This document shows, piece by piece, positions 32,315 through 47,182 of a DNA stretch of 64,000 nt (the first letter of the stretch is position 1; each line of letters opens with the position of its first letter). The stretch covers positions 416,001-480,000 of the forward strand of contig OY970223.1 in assembly GCA_963714015.1 (NCBI GenBank). Direction: 5' to 3'. Source of the stretch: Vulcanimicrobiota bacterium (GTDB lineage: Bacteria; Vulcanimicrobiota; Vulcanimicrobiia; Vulcanimicrobiales; Vulcanimicrobiaceae). A program made the translations under genes and the position numbers. Under the pieces are notes generated by a model. It worked only from the letters and a program-made list of their open reading frames with translations, ran no database searches and had not been told where the DNA came from.

Positions 32315-33980
32315 ACGGTTTCTCCCTGGGCGGCTTCATGGACTTTGAATTGCGAGAGCCGGACATCAATGCGGCCGGCAAAATCGTTCATTTGGTTCAC
32401 CGACGCCTGCATGCGCTGTGCTGCGTCGGTGACTTCCTTGTTGACGTAAGTGAGCACCTCGACGGACGAGGCGTTCTGTTGCGAGATCTCGGAGATGTTG
32501 CGGAACGCGGAGTTTACTTCGGTCGAATGCGACGACATCTGCTGCGTCGCCTGAACGTTGAGTTGAACCGAGCGCGTGATCTCCTCGATCGAGCGGATCA
32601 CTTGATAAGAGTTGCTGCTCATCTCCCGCGCGACCGACGAGATCTCCGCAATCTGCTGGTTGGCGCTCAGGACCGCCGTGACGATCTCACGCAGCGCGCC
32701 CGAGGCAGAGGTCGTGCTAGTGACGCCTTCTTCCACGCGTTCCGTCAAACGCTCCATGGCACGGACGACTTCATTGATCACGTTCTGGGTGGAGAGAATG
32801 TGGCCGGCGATCTCCTTCGTGGCTTGGACGCTGCCGTCGGCCAGTTTGCGGATCTCGGTGGCGACCACCGCAAAACCGCGGCCGTGTTCTCCCGCGCGCG
32901 CCGCCTCGATTGCGGCATTGAGCGCGAGCAGGTTCGTCTGTTCGGCGATTCGATCGATCACTTTGACGATGTCGCCGATCTGCTCCGAGTTCGTGCCGAG
33001 CTGCGCGATGTCGCCCGCGAGCTCGCCGATCGTCGAGCGAATCGTATCCATGCCTTCGACGATCGTGTGAATCGCCGATCCGCCCCGCTGCGCGGTTTGA
33101 GAGGTTTCTTGCGAAATCGACGAGAGTGAATCGACCTGAGCCGTAACTTGCTCGATCGACGTTGCCATGTTCGTGACGGCCAGTGAGGTCTCGTCCAAGC
33201 TGCGCGTCTGCTCTTCGGCGGCCGCGGCGATCGCGTTGATGGTCTCAGTTAATTGGTTGATCTTGTTCGTTGCCTGCTCGACGATCCGCGATTGTTCGTT
33301 GATGCCTTCGTCAAGCTGGCCCTGTGCCAGGGAGGCGCCTTCGATGACGGCGAGCGCGGTGGAGGCGGTCGTCTGCAGATCGGAGCCGGCGGTTCCCAGA
33401 TTGTCCGCGTTCGCGTGCAGATTGCTCAAAAACTCGCGCATCCCGAAGATGAGTTTGTTGATGGCGATCGCCAGTTCGGTGAGCGTCCCGTCCGAGACGG
33501 CTAAATTCTTTGTAAAGTCACCCTGCGAGACTTCACGGACGCCCGAGGCCAGCGCCGAAATCGAACCTTGGAGCGCTTCGCTTCGCGGCAGTGCGGTGCG
33601 GCTGCGCCCGAAGAGCACCGGGAACGCCTCTTCAATCGACGAGCCGATAGGCACGATTTCGCCGGAGAAGAGCAAGCTGATGAGCGCGCCGGTAACCGCA
33701 AGAGCGATACTGGAACCCGCAGTGCCGTGAAGATGATGACCGGCGCGGGATGTGTAGTCCGCGGCGGCTGCCGACACCGCGAGCACGACCCCAATCGGCG
33801 TTCCGACCAGCGCAGCCGTGAGAGCAACGATTCCGAGAACGAGCAGTTCATAGCCCGCAAACGAGCTGCCGTACCAGCAGAGCGAGCCGCAAAGCAGCAC
33901 GGCCGCAGCAGCGATTGCGATTCGCGGCAGAGTGGCCAGCCGGGCGCGCCAGGCAACAAGTCGAGTCTGGATCACGTGCA
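32311..33980 (-). CDS. Methyl-accepting chemotaxis protein
   Basis: IAEQTNLLALNAAIEAARAGEHGRGFAVVA; N-terminal TMs and HAMP; start uncertain. Confidence 0.92.
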
Positions 33981-34131
33981 CCTCTAGTTGTGGCGGGACC
34001 AAAGAGCGCACACAGGCGCTCCGAAAAGACCCACTATCCGAGATTACGGCGCAACGGGGTATTTTTTTTAGTTTGGCGGGCTCGAACCAAGGCGAGGAGG
34101 GCAAGCAAGCGCTTGTTGCAGGAGGAGTGTC

Positions 34132-34665
34132 CTAGTTACGGGCGCGGCTACGCTTCTCGCAAATCTCGCAAAAATGCGACATTTTGTTGTCCGTCTCGAA
34201 GATCGAGTTGGAATAATACATCGCGCAGCGCGCATTGAAGCAGTGCTTCAGTCCGGAGGCGTGTCCTAGTTCGTGCACGCACTCTTTGAGCGTGCGCTGG
34301 AACAGCACGTTCTCGTCCGGGTCCTCGCCGTAAAATTCGCTGCGAAGCCGGTGAACGGAGACGACTGCGATACGCCGCTGTTCATCGGCGTCCCCGAAAA
34401 TATAGCGTTGTGACGTTTTATAGAGATCGAAATCTGTGACGGCAAGCAGAAACCCGTCACCGTCGGGATACTGCCGGAATACCTTGTTCGTGAGCGTCGA
34501 AAGAAACATCTGGCGGCGCGAACTGTTGACCGCGTTTTGCGGAACCGCGACGTGGCGCTCGACGAAGATCCGATATAAGAACCGCTCTTCCAAGCAGAGC
34601 GCTAAACGCGAAAGAAATGCCGGCTCAATAGTGTTGATCGGTACGATCCGCAGTTGGCTGTCCAT
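34132..34665 (-). CDS. Archaemetzincin-family Zn metalloprotease
   Basis: HELGHASGLKHC...CAM.YSNS...D.K...FCEIC. Confidence 0.9.
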   Translation of the reverse strand: MDSQLRIVPINTIEPAFLSRLALCLEERFLYRIFVERHVAVPQNAVNSSRRQMFLSTLTNKVFRQYPDGDGFLLAVTDFDLYKTSQRYIFGDADEQRRIAVVSVHRLRSEFYGEDPDENVLFQRTLKECVHELGHASGLKHCFNARCAMYYSNSIFETDNKMSHFCEICEKRSRARN

Positions 34666-34707
34666 CCTTGGGCGGTCTCTTTCGACGCGGCCGCGAACAC
34701 GCCCCGC

Positions 34708-35073
34708 ATGGTCGTCGGCATCGGAATCGATCTGGCCGAGGTGGAACGCTATCGCTTCAGTGACGCCGAGCTGGCGTGGTTCGCTCGCAAGGTCTATACC
34801 GAAGAAGAAATGGCCTACGCCGCTCGCAAGCGCAACCGCGCAGAGCGCTATGCCGGATTCTTTGCCGCTAAGGAAGCCGCCCGAAAGGCTTTCGGTCACG
34901 CGATTCCCTGGAGGCTCGTGGGCGTCTCGCACGCTCCAAGCGGCAAACCGCTCATCAAGCTTTACGGCGATGCGGCTGATTTGTTGGAGAAACGCGGCGT
35001 AACGGTTGTCCACCTGACGATAACGCACACCGCTACGACGGCGGCCGCGGTCGTGATCCTGGAGAGAAATTGA
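34708..35073 (+). CDS. acpS: Holo-ACP synthase
   Basis: GIGIDL, FAAKEA, HLTITH. Confidence 0.92.
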   Translation: MVVGIGIDLAEVERYRFSDAELAWFARKVYTEEEMAYAARKRNRAERYAGFFAAKEAARKAFGHAIPWRLVGVSHAPSGKPLIKLYGDAADLLEKRGVTVVHLTITHTATTAAAVVILERN

Positions 35074-36589
35074 GTTCAGTCTTTACACCGGCGCAGATGC
35101 GCGCCGCCGATGCCCAGGCCTGCGCAGAAGTAGGCGACGTCGCGCTGATGCGAGCCGCCGGCGAGTGCATCGCGCAAGTCGCGAAGCAGTACGCGCGGGA
35201 GCCGACCGCCGTCGCGTTCGCCGGCGCGGGAAACAACGGCGGCGACGCTTTTGCCGCAATGGCGTGTATGGACGGATTCCAACGAACGATCTATGCCCAG
35301 GAAGCGAAAACTCCGTCCGATGCGCGCGCGGATGCGGAGCGCCGGGCTCTGGAGAGCGGTGTGCGCCTGATGCCGTTTCCGCAGACGAAGCAAGAAGCGT
35401 TGCAGGCAATGCACGGCGCCGGCATCGTGATTGCCGGATTAGTCGGTACCGGCGCACGGCTGCCCTTGGATCCGCTTCACGCGAACGTCGTTGAAGCCGC
35501 GAACCCGTCGGGTGTGTCCGTTCTAGCCATAGATATACCGCCCGGAATCGATGCCGAGCTCGGCAGGATTGTCGAGCCCGCTCTTCGCCCTACGGTCACG
35601 GTAACGCTCGGCGCGCTCAAAATCGGCCTGCTGCTCGCGCCCGCACGATCGTATGTAGGCGATCTTTGGTTAGCCGATATCGAAATGCCGGCGGAAACAA
35701 TCGAGGGACAGCATTCCGGCATCCAGGCGCTGAACGACGCCGAGTTTCTCGCGCTGCTTCCCCGGCGCGAGCAGGCATCGGATAAACGCAGTGCCGGCGC
35801 ACCGCTCATTGTCGCGGGCTCGCAGCAGTTTCCCGGCGCGGCGATCCTCTGCGCGATGGGCGCGGCGCGAGCCGGTGCCGGCTACGTAACGGTGGCAACG
35901 CCGAAAGCGGCTGCACCGGCGCTCAGAACGCATCTCATCGAGCAAGTCGTCGTCGAGATCGAACCGGACGGCGACGCCGATCGAACGGTTTCGGATTTGC
36001 TCGAGCTGGCCAAGCGCAGCTCTTCCGTCGGACTGGGCCCCGGTCTTGGCTTGGACGATCGGACGGGCGAGATCGTTCGCGAGTTTTGTCGCCGTGTCGA
36101 TCTTCCGCTCGTCGTCGATGCGAGCGGGCTCTTCCACTTTGCGAAACATCTCGAGATTCTGCGCGACAAGAAAGCCGTGCTGACGCCGCACGCCGGAGAG
36201 TTCGCGCGCCTGTCGGGCAAGGGCACCGTACGCGAAGAAGATCGGATTGCGCGGCTGAGGGAATTCGTCGACCGCACCGGCGTGACGACGCTGCTCAAAG
36301 GACAGACGACGCTGGTGTATGACGGTACCACGCTGCATGTGAACACGACCGGATCTTCCGCGCTTGCCACAGCCGGGACGGGCGACGTGTTGACGGGACT
36401 AATCTCCACGCTGCTGGCGCAGGGTCTTCATCCTGTAGATGCGGCGCGAGCCGGTGCGTACTGGCACGGCTTGGCGGGAAAACACGCGCAAAAGGATCGC
36501 GCCCGTGGGGTCATAGCGCGCGACGTTTACGAATCCTTGGCGGCGGCTCTTCCTGCAGCAGCAAAGCCCGAGCGCTTGACGCGCGTCTT

Positions 36590-36593
<4 letters not shown>
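35070..36593 (+). CDS. nnr: NAD(P)H-hydrate epimerase/dehydratase
   Basis: GAGNNGGD, AIDIPPG, LTPHAGEF, LATAGTGDVL. Confidence 0.93.
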
Positions 36594-39353
<2,760 letters not shown>

Positions 39354-39362
39354 CAGCTCGGG

Positions 39363-42300
39363 CTAAGCTTCTACGGGAACGCGCCCACCCTTCGCGAGAT
39401 CGTCCAAAACGCGAAGATTCTCGCGCTCGAGTTCATCGACCGATCGCGAATCCGCGTGGCGATGACCCACTGCCCGTTCGTCCGAAAGAACCGGTCCGAG
39501 GTATTGACCGGTATACGACTGCTCGTTGAGCGCAAGCTCCTCGGGCGTTCCGGCTCCCACGACTGTTCCTCCCCGATCTCCGCCTTCGGGGCCGAGATCG
39601 ATGAGATAGTCCGCCGTTTTGATGACGTCGAGATTGTGCTCGATCACCAGCACCGTGTTTCCGCTTTGAACCAGGCGCTGCAGCACTTCCAGCAGCTTGT
39701 GAATGTCGGCAAAGTGCAACCCTGTCGTCGGCTCGTCCAGAACGTAGAACGTGCGGCCCGTGGAACGGCGGGAAAGCTCGGTCGCGAGCTTTACGCGCTG
39801 GGCCTCGCCGCCCGAAAGCGTGGTCGCCGGCTGCCCCATTTTGATGTAGCCCAGACCCACGTCGCAGATCGTCCGCAACTTGTTGTGAATGCGCGGAATT
39901 GCCGAGAAAAATTCGTTCGCTTCGTCTACGCGCATCTCCAGCACGTCGGAGATCGTCTTGCCTTTATACTTGACCTCGAGCGTCTGCGCGTTGTAGCGCT
40001 TGCCTTTGCAGACTTCGCACGGCACGTAGACGTCGGGCAAAAAGTGCATCTCGATCTTGATGATTCCGTCACCCTGGCACGCTTCGCAGCGGCCGCCTTT
40101 GACGTTGAACGAGAAGCGGCCCGGCGTGTATCCGCGTATCTTTGCATCGGGAACCAGCGAGAAAAGTTCGCGGATCAAATCGAACGCGCCGGTGTACGTC
40201 GCGGGGTTACTTCGCGGCGTGCGGCCGATGGGGGATTGGTCGATAACGACCATCTTGTCGAGCTGTTCGACGCCCTTGACGCTGCCGTACGTGCCGCTTG
40301 CCGGATGGCCATGCAGATGCTGGTTGAGCGCCTTGTTCAAAACCTCGTTGACGAGTGTGGACTTCCCGCTGCCGCTCACGCCCGTAACGCAGGCAAAGAC
40401 GCCGATCGGAAAGTCGACGTCGACGCCCGTGAGGTTGTTGGCCTTGGCGCCTTTGACGCGCAGCCAGCCGCGCGGTTCGCGGCGGCGCTTCGGAATCGGA
40501 ATGAATTTGCGGCCCGAAATATATGCGCCGGTCTCAGAGTTGGGATGCGCTACAACGGCGTCGAGATCGCCCACCGTCAAGATTTCGCCGCCCTCGGCGC
40601 CTGCACCGGGACCGATGTCGACGATAATGTCCGCCGTGCGAATCGTGTCCTCGTCGTGTTCGACGACGATCAGCGTGTTGCCGATATCACGCAGCGTGCG
40701 CAGCGTCGCCAGCAGGCGGTCGTTATCCCGCTGATGCAGTCCGATGGATGGTTCGTCGAGGATATACAGCACGCCGACGAGCGAACTGCCTATCTGCGTC
40801 GCGAGGCGGATGCGTTGGGATTCGCCTCCGGAGAGCGTGGTCGCGGAGCGCCCGAGCGTCAGGTAATTCAGCCCCACGTTCGTCAAGAATCCCAAGCGTC
40901 CACGAATTTCCTTGAGCACCTGATGCGCGATCTGCTCTTCGCGCTCGTTCGTCTTGAATTCGCGGAAAAACCGTTCGCACTGCTCGATCGACATCCGCGT
41001 TACGGCGTCGATGTTCGCGCCGCCGATCGTTACCGCCAACGCTTCAGGCTTCAGTCTGGCGCCCTTGCACTGCGGACACGTGGACGCCGACATGTATTTT
41101 TCGATGTCTTCTTTGACGTAGTCGCTCGACGTTTCGCTATGCCGGCGCTGAAGATTGTTGACGACGCCCTCAAACGTGGAGCGGTACTCCCAAACCGAGC
41201 CCGAGCGCGATTCGTAAGAGAAATTTTGCTCGCGATCGGTACCGTACAGAATGACCTCCAGGACTTCGTCCGAGAGCCTCTCCACCGGAGTCGAGGTCTT
41301 CACGCGGTACTTGCGCAGCACGCGCTCGAGTTGCTGCATGTAGTAGGGATTCATCGAAGGGAACCGTCCGCCGCCGACGGACTTGCTCCACGGCACGATG
41401 GCGCCTTCGGCGATCGACTTGCTGCGATCCGGAATGACCTTCCACGGGTCGATCTCGATTTTCTCGCCCAAACCGCTGCAGCCCGGACAAGCGCCGTACG
41501 GTGAGTTGAAGGAGAACAATCGCGGCGCCAGCTCTTCGAAAGAAAGCCCGCAATGCACGCACGCGAACGCCTCGCTGAAGGTCAGCTCGCCCGGCTGTCC
41601 CGAGCCGCTCGAAGCGTCCAGAAGCGCCGTGGCGATTCCGGAAGACAAACGCAGCGTCGTCTCCACGGAGTCAGTCAATCGTTTGCGGATGTCGGGCTTC
41701 ATGACGAGCCGATCGACGATGACCTCGATCGTGTGCTTGCGCTTCTTATCCAGGACGATTTTCTCGCGCAGCTCTTTCGTTTCGCCGTCGACGCGCACGC
41801 GCGAAAAGCCCTCCTTTGCGACCTCCTCGAAGAGCTTCGTATACTCGCCTTTGCGTCCGCGCACGAGCGGCGCGAGCAATTGGATGCGGGAACCTTCGGG
41901 CAATTCCATGATCGAATCGACGATCTGCTCGCTGCTCTGCGAACTAATTTCGCGGCCGCAGTTGTAGCAGTGCGGAATGCCGATGCGGGCGAACAGCAAG
42001 CGCAGATAGTCGTAAATCTCGGTGACCGTTCCGACCGTCGAGCGCGGATTGCGGGACGTCGACTTCTGGTCGATCGAGATTGCCGGGGAGAGGCCCTCGA
42101 TGTAATCGACGTCGGGCTTCTCCATCTGGCCGAGGAATTGGCGCGCGTACGAAGAGAGCGACTCGACGTAGCGGCGCTGACCCTCAGCGTAGATTGTGTC
42201 GAAGGCCAGTGACGACTTGCCCGAGCCGGAGAGTCCGGTAATGACTGCCAGACGGTTTCGCGGCAGCACGAGGTCGACGTTCTTGAGATTGTGCTCGCGC

Positions 42301-42386
42301 GCGCCCTTGATCACAATGGAGTCAAGCCCGCGGGGCTTGGCTCCATTCTCATGAGCTTGGCGAAGCGGCGTGGAAGTATCTGGCAT
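39363..42386 (-). CDS. uvrA: Excinuclease ABC subunit A
   Basis: [18 protein letters not shown], two LSGGE signatures. Confidence 0.98.
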   Translation of the reverse strand: MPDTSTPLRQAHENGAKPRGLDSIVIKGAREHNLKNVDLVLPRNRLAVITGLSGSGKSSLAFDTIYAEGQRRYVESLSSYARQFLGQMEKPDVDYIEGLSPAISIDQKSTSRNPRSTVGTVTEIYDYLRLLFARIGIPHCYNCGREISSQSSEQIVDSIMELPEGSRIQLLAPLVRGRKGEYTKLFEEVAKEGFSRVRVDGETKELREKIVLDKKRKHTIEVIVDRLVMKPDIRKRLTDSVETTLRLSSGIATALLDASSGSGQPGELTFSEAFACVHCGLSFEELAPRLFSFNSPYGACPGCSGLGEKIEIDPWKVIPDRSKSIAEGAIVPWSKSVGGGRFPSMNPYYMQQLERVLRKYRVKTSTPVERLSDEVLEVILYGTDREQNFSYESRSGSVWEYRSTFEGVVNNLQRRHSETSSDYVKEDIEKYMSASTCPQCKGARLKPEALAVTIGGANIDAVTRMSIEQCERFFREFKTNEREEQIAHQVLKEIRGRLGFLTNVGLNYLTLGRSATTLSGGESQRIRLATQIGSSLVGVLYILDEPSIGLHQRDNDRLLATLRTLRDIGNTLIVVEHDEDTIRTADIIVDIGPGAGAEGGEILTVGDLDAVVAHPNSETGAYISGRKFIPIPKRRREPRGWLRVKGAKANNLTGVDVDFPIGVFACVTGVSGSGKSTLVNEVLNKALNQHLHGHPASGTYGSVKGVEQLDKMVVIDQSPIGRTPRSNPATYTGAFDLIRELFSLVPDAKIRGYTPGRFSFNVKGGRCEACQGDGIIKIEMHFLPDVYVPCEVCKGKRYNAQTLEVKYKGKTISDVLEMRVDEANEFFSAIPRIHNKLRTICDVGLGYIKMGQPATTLSGGEAQRVKLATELSRRSTGRTFYVLDEPTTGLHFADIHKLLEVLQRLVQSGNTVLVIEHNLDVIKTADYLIDLGPEGGDRGGTVVGAGTPEELALNEQSYTGQYLGPVLSDERAVGHRHADSRSVDELERENLRVLDDLAKGGRVPVEA

Positions 42387-42452
42387 GCCTAGTCGTTCAA
42401 CACAGGGCCGCCTTCAAATGTTTCAGCGAGCCCTTGCCGGCAGGTTGAAACG

Positions 42453-43229
42453 CTAGGCGGGCGGCGCAGGCGGCGGAGCGGTCGGCGGCGCTCCAACGGC
42501 TACCGCCTGTACGCCTGCGCGCAACTTGAGGTACTCTCCGACGACGACGAGCGTCGCGTACGCGGCCACGGCCTGCGTGATGATCTGCCGAATGAGCGCA
42601 CCGATTAGCGGTATGCCGTTGAAGAGGCCCGAGATCCACGTCGCGATGATGAACGCGATCGCAAGAAGTACGACGATGGCCAGCGTCGCAACGAAGTTCT
42701 TGGCCGTGATGCGCGCCGATTCACTCAGTCCGTCCGTCGCGCTGTGATTACCAACGATTACGCTGGGAAGCGCGTAAAGAAAGAAAAGATAAAATGCGAG
42801 CAGCGCGAGTCCCAACGTCGGAATGGAAAGCGCAACGGCAACGGCTCCGAGCAAGAACAGCAAGACGACCGCTATCATGACTTGAGCGCCGTCGATGTTG
42901 AATGCGGCTGCGCCGTCGGCCAGCGTTGCCGTGCCCGTGCGCCAGGCCGCCCCCGCCATTCCGGTCGTGTACGCGATAACGAGGATGGTCGCGACCATCG
43001 CGACGATACCGATGATAAATGCACTCAGAAATGCGGATGCGAGGCCGGCGCCCGGCAAGCCCGCCGATGCGAGCGTCGTGCCCGTGGCAATCCCGAAGAG
43101 ACCCAGGATGCCGACGACCACGGCCGCTACGATGCCGATGACGATGCCGGGAACGATGATAATCCAGTTCCGGCTGAGGAGTTCCCAAGAATGGGAGAAC
43201 GTGTTGCCCAAGTCTTCCGAGGATTGCAT
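42453..43229 (-). CDS. Multi-pass membrane protein (paralog A)
   Basis: Hydrophobic; YTTGMAGAAW, LPSVIVG, AYATLVVVGEYLKL. Confidence 0.75.
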   Translation of the reverse strand: MQSSEDLGNTFSHSWELLSRNWIIIVPGIVIGIVAAVVVGILGLFGIATGTTLASAGLPGAGLASAFLSAFIIGIVAMVATILVIAYTTGMAGAAWRTGTATLADGAAAFNIDGAQVMIAVVLLFLLGAVAVALSIPTLGLALLAFYLFFLYALPSVIVGNHSATDGLSESARITAKNFVATLAIVVLLAIAFIIATWISGLFNGIPLIGALIRQIITQAVAAYATLVVVGEYLKLRAGVQAVAVGAPPTAPPPAPPA

Positions 43230-43293
43230 GAGGATCAACCTCCAAGCTTTGGAAGGGCCTTGTTTTCAGGTTCTTAAGGTTCGGAGCGGTTCG

Positions 43294-44007
43294 TTACGGC
43301 GCCTGGTCGACCGGCGCCAGTTTGAGGTACTCCCCCACCACGAGCAGCGTCGCGTACGCCACGACGGCCTCCATGACGACCCATTGCACCGCCTCTCCCA
43401 CTCCCGAAACGGGCCCGGCAAAGCCGCCGGCCAATCCGCCCAGCACGGAGAGGATCACGATCAGGACTACGGCGCAGAACGTTACGGCGAAATTTCGAGC
43501 GGCAATGCGGATCGATTCGACGATGCCGTCAACGGGGGAACGTCCGCCCACGATTACCGACGGCATCGTGTAGAGCACGAACGTCGCGTAAAGCAGAACC
43601 GAGATGCCGAAGGTCGGCACAGCCAGGACCGCCGCCGCCAGGCCGATCAGAAACAGCAAGAGCAGCGCGCCGGTCGCGCGGAGGCCACTCCGGCGAAAGG
43701 CACTTACCCCGTCCGAGATGCTCGCCGTGCCGTGCGTCCACGCTGCGCCGGCCATTCCGGTCGTGAATGCGATGACGATCAACGCCCCTAGGATCCGCAC
43801 GCCGAAAGCCACGATCGTTTCGAAGAAGAGCCAAAACCCGTGCGGCCCTTGCGCGTCGAGATCGCCGAAGAACTGCCACGAGGAATCTCCCGAAGCGGCA
43901 AGCGTGTAGGAAATTGCCGCGCCGGCAAGCGCGACGGCAAGGGAGGGCACCACGATAATCGCGTTCTTGCGCAGCAGATCGAAGGCGCTCCCGAAAATTT
44001 CGCTCAT
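43294..44007 (-). CDS. Multi-pass membrane protein (paralog B)
   Basis: Start MSEIFGSA overlapping HAD stop; FTTGMAGAAW, MPSVIVG, AYATLLVVGEYLKL. Confidence 0.75.
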   Translation of the reverse strand: MSEIFGSAFDLLRKNAIIVVPSLAVALAGAAISYTLAASGDSSWQFFGDLDAQGPHGFWLFFETIVAFGVRILGALIVIAFTTGMAGAAWTHGTASISDGVSAFRRSGLRATGALLLLFLIGLAAAVLAVPTFGISVLLYATFVLYTMPSVIVGGRSPVDGIVESIRIAARNFAVTFCAVVLIVILSVLGGLAGGFAGPVSGVGEAVQWVVMEAVVAYATLLVVGEYLKLAPVDQAP

Positions 44008-44714
44008 CGCAGATGCGCGGCCGCTTCGGTAATATTCTTGACGGTTGCGTCGGGCGGCGGAGCGCCTTGCGGCACGCGCTCGCCGCGCACGTTCACCCAA
44101 ACGGTGTACAGCCCCGCCTCCAGTGCGCCTGCGATGTCGCGGTCGTACCGGTCGCCGACCATCGCGCTGTTCGCGGGCGATGTCTGTAACTTCCGGCAAG
44201 CGTGCGAGAAGAGCAGCGGATCCGGTTTGATCATGCCGACCTCGTCCGCCAAAAAAATCGCGTCGAAATACTGAGCGATCTGCAGCAACGCAATCTTCTC
44301 GTGATGCGTTTCGGATATGCCGTTGGTCAGAATCCCGAGCTTTTTCCCTTGCGCCTTCAAATCACGGAGCAGATCGATTGCTCCCGGATAAGGCGAGAAG
44401 TACTTCTTGCGGTAGTCGTTATAATTGGTCGCACTGCGTTCGGCGAGCGCCGCGTCCTCCAACCCGACCGCCGTCAATGCGTTGCTCCACATCGTCGCGC
44501 GCAGCCGCGAGAGCTTCGTCTTCACCTGGTCCGCGGTGAGCCGCTGCCAAAAGCCTTCGGCCTCGGCGACGTACGCTTCTTTCAGGGCCAGGGCATCGAT
44601 ACCGTGCTCGGCTGCAACTTCGCGAGCGACCTCTTCGGCTGCGCTCGTGAACGCGAGCGTATCGTCGTGCAGCGTGTCGTCCAAATCGAACAGGACGGCG
44701 CGAATGTCACGCAT
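44004..44714 (-). CDS. HAD-family hydrolase
   Basis: FDLDDTL, LTNG, KPDP, MVGDRYDRDI. Confidence 0.92.
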   Translation of the reverse strand: MRDIRAVLFDLDDTLHDDTLAFTSAAEEVAREVAAEHGIDALALKEAYVAEAEGFWQRLTADQVKTKLSRLRATMWSNALTAVGLEDAALAERSATNYNDYRKKYFSPYPGAIDLLRDLKAQGKKLGILTNGISETHHEKIALLQIAQYFDAIFLADEVGMIKPDPLLFSHACRKLQTSPANSAMVGDRYDRDIAGALEAGLYTVWVNVRGERVPQGAPPPDATVKNITEAAAHLR

Positions 44715-47182
44715 GATGTGAAAAACGAACGCGGAAAGAACGCAGCTCGAACGGCTCGAGCGTAAATTGCAAGTACTCGCCTTCGATTTCGCACGGCGCC
44801 TCAACCGGCCGTTCGAGGGCGTCGACGGCTGCAGCTTCGGTCATTCTGGCGCCGCACCGCACGCCCGCCCGTATCGTGCGTCCGTCACACTCTCGCACGC
44901 GCACAATCACGCCGTCGCCATCGTGCGCAGGCTTGCACGCCGCAACGAGGACCGAACGATCCTCGCACGTGAAGAGCCGCACCCGCCGTTCGTGCGCAAA
45001 CGCTTCCCACATACGCTCCAAGTCGCCGTTGCCGGCGTCAACGAGCGGAGCAAACGCGTACGAGAACCGGTGTTCCCCCTTGTCGGCACGCGCATCGGGC
45101 CAGGTCGTACCCCGCAGCAACGAGTGCCCAAGGCGCATGCCGCCTTTGGGCAGCGCGCGCGCGCTCCAGCCGTAGGTGTCCAACGACAAGACCGCGACGC
45201 CGTTGCCCTCGCCGTCGCGTACGGCAGCGAAACGCTGTCCCGGCACCTCAAATTTCGCCTGCTCGGCCGGCGTTCGATTCCGGGCGCTGCGCGAAATGGT
45301 TCCGTGCGGTGACCCGTACGTCACGCTATCCGTGCCGATCGCAAGCCAATTCTCGACACGCAGCAGCTTTCTGCGCTCGGTCCAGTCCACTCGCAAATCG
45401 ATTCGAAGAAACGGTTCATCCCCGGCCAGGCTGACCTGCATCGTTGCCGGAGAGCGCCCGAACGTAAAATCTACAGCCAAAGCGCCGTTCTCCGGCCGCG
45501 CTCCAAGCGGCTTGGCGTTGCGCATGGTCTGCTCGTACCCGCGATCGATGTTCCACGCTTCCCATTGCTTCGGTTTATCGCGGTAGAGCGCGAGCACGTT
45601 AGCCTGACTGCAAAAACTGCTTCGCCCGCGCGCTGCAAGTTCGACGATGGATCCGCTGCGATTCACCACTGCGCGAATGAGGCCGTTATCGAAGACGTAG
45701 TCGCCGTCTTCTTGCTCGTGCGGCGCTACCGTACCGGGCTGCGCGTGATGCTGCGCGCGCGGGAGCATCGCCTGCGCGGCCGCAATGACGGAAGCGACGA
45801 TTTCCTCGGCCTGCGCGTATTCGGCGGCGACGTCATCGTAAACCGGCGTTATGGACGTCCCCGGCAGAACGTCGTGGAATTGATTGCGCAGAACGATCTC
45901 CCATGCCGCGTGCAAACCGTTTCGATATTGCGCGATTGCAGCCGCCGGAGCGTGTACGGCAGTGCACCACGCGAGCAGCTCTTCGGCTAATGCGAGGGAT
46001 CGTTCCAGCAGGGCGTTGTGAAACTTGACGTCGTGATGCGTCGTGTACACGCCGCGATGATACTCGAGGTAAAGTTCGTCGCGATGAACCGGCAGCGCCG
46101 CCCGGCGGGACGAAAGATCCCGGAACCACGTTACCGGATGAATCCACGATCCGATGCCGCGCGCCTGCTCGAGCATCTTTGAAGTGACGCCGCCGCCGCC
46201 GTCGCCATAACCGAGAACGATCGGTTCGCTGCGTTCGCGCGCGCGAATCAAGCGCCACGGATATGGTCCGCCGTCGTAGGACTGAATCAGCGCGGCGACT
46301 ACACCGCTGCCGTCGGGCCCTTCCCAAACGAACTGCGGGTACGGAAACTTCGTCGTGTCGTTCCACTGCAGCTTCGTCGTGGAGAAATAGGGAATCCGCG
46401 CATGCGCCAGCAGCTGAGGCAGCGTGTTCGCAAAGCCGAACGTATCCGGCAGCCACGCAATCTGCGGCGTCAAACCGAACCGGCGCCGGCAATATTCAGC
46501 GCCGTAGAGCATTTGGCGCACCAGCGACTCTCCCGAAGGCACGTTGCAGTCGCTCTCGACCCAAAGCGCGGCGACGCCGGGATCGAACCGTCCGGCTGCG
46601 ATGTGATCGCGCACGCGCGCATACAGCTGTGGGTCTTCCGCTTCGACGAAAGCGTAGAGCTGCGGCTGGCTTTGAATGAAGACGAATGACGGATCGCGAT
46701 CGAGCAGATCGCACGCAATCGCGAACGTGCGCTGCGCCTTACGCCGCGTCTGTTCATAAGTCCACAACCAGGCGACGTCCAAGTGGCTATGGCCCAGCAG
46801 CATGAAGCCGTTCTCGCCTTCCGCATGCGGATTGGAACTGCCGTCTATCGCGGCGTGCGTTACGGTGACCGTGCGCGACGGCTCTTGGTGAGCGCGCACG
46901 TTGAGGAACCACCAGATGAGGCCGGGTCCGGACGGAAGGCCGTTCGTCGGAAGCGCCTCGAGTTCGACGTCCAGCGCGAGTTCGCGAGCGCGCTCGCACG
47001 GCTGCACGACGACCTCATGATGCTCCCGGTCAAACGCGCCCGCGGCGACGCCGTCGACGCGCAGCAGCGCACCGGTCCAGGTCTTGTATTGTAGAGCAGC
47101 GGGCGCAGACTGCGGCGCGAGCGTTGCGGTCAGCGTCGCGATTCCATCCCGACGCCCGCTCTCGGTCAGACGCAGGCTGCAT
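44707..47182 (-). CDS. GH38 alpha-mannosidase (probable indel near the start)
   Basis: GHSHLDVAWLW, WLPDTFG, GYGDGGGG, ELYLEYHRG, NQFHDVLPG; frame stays open up to ~47180 next to an ATG overlapping the uvrB stop. Confidence 0.92.

Noticed and set aside
42387..42452. LexA/SOS box upstream of uvrA
   Set aside because: No convincing palindrome matching a known LexA consensus
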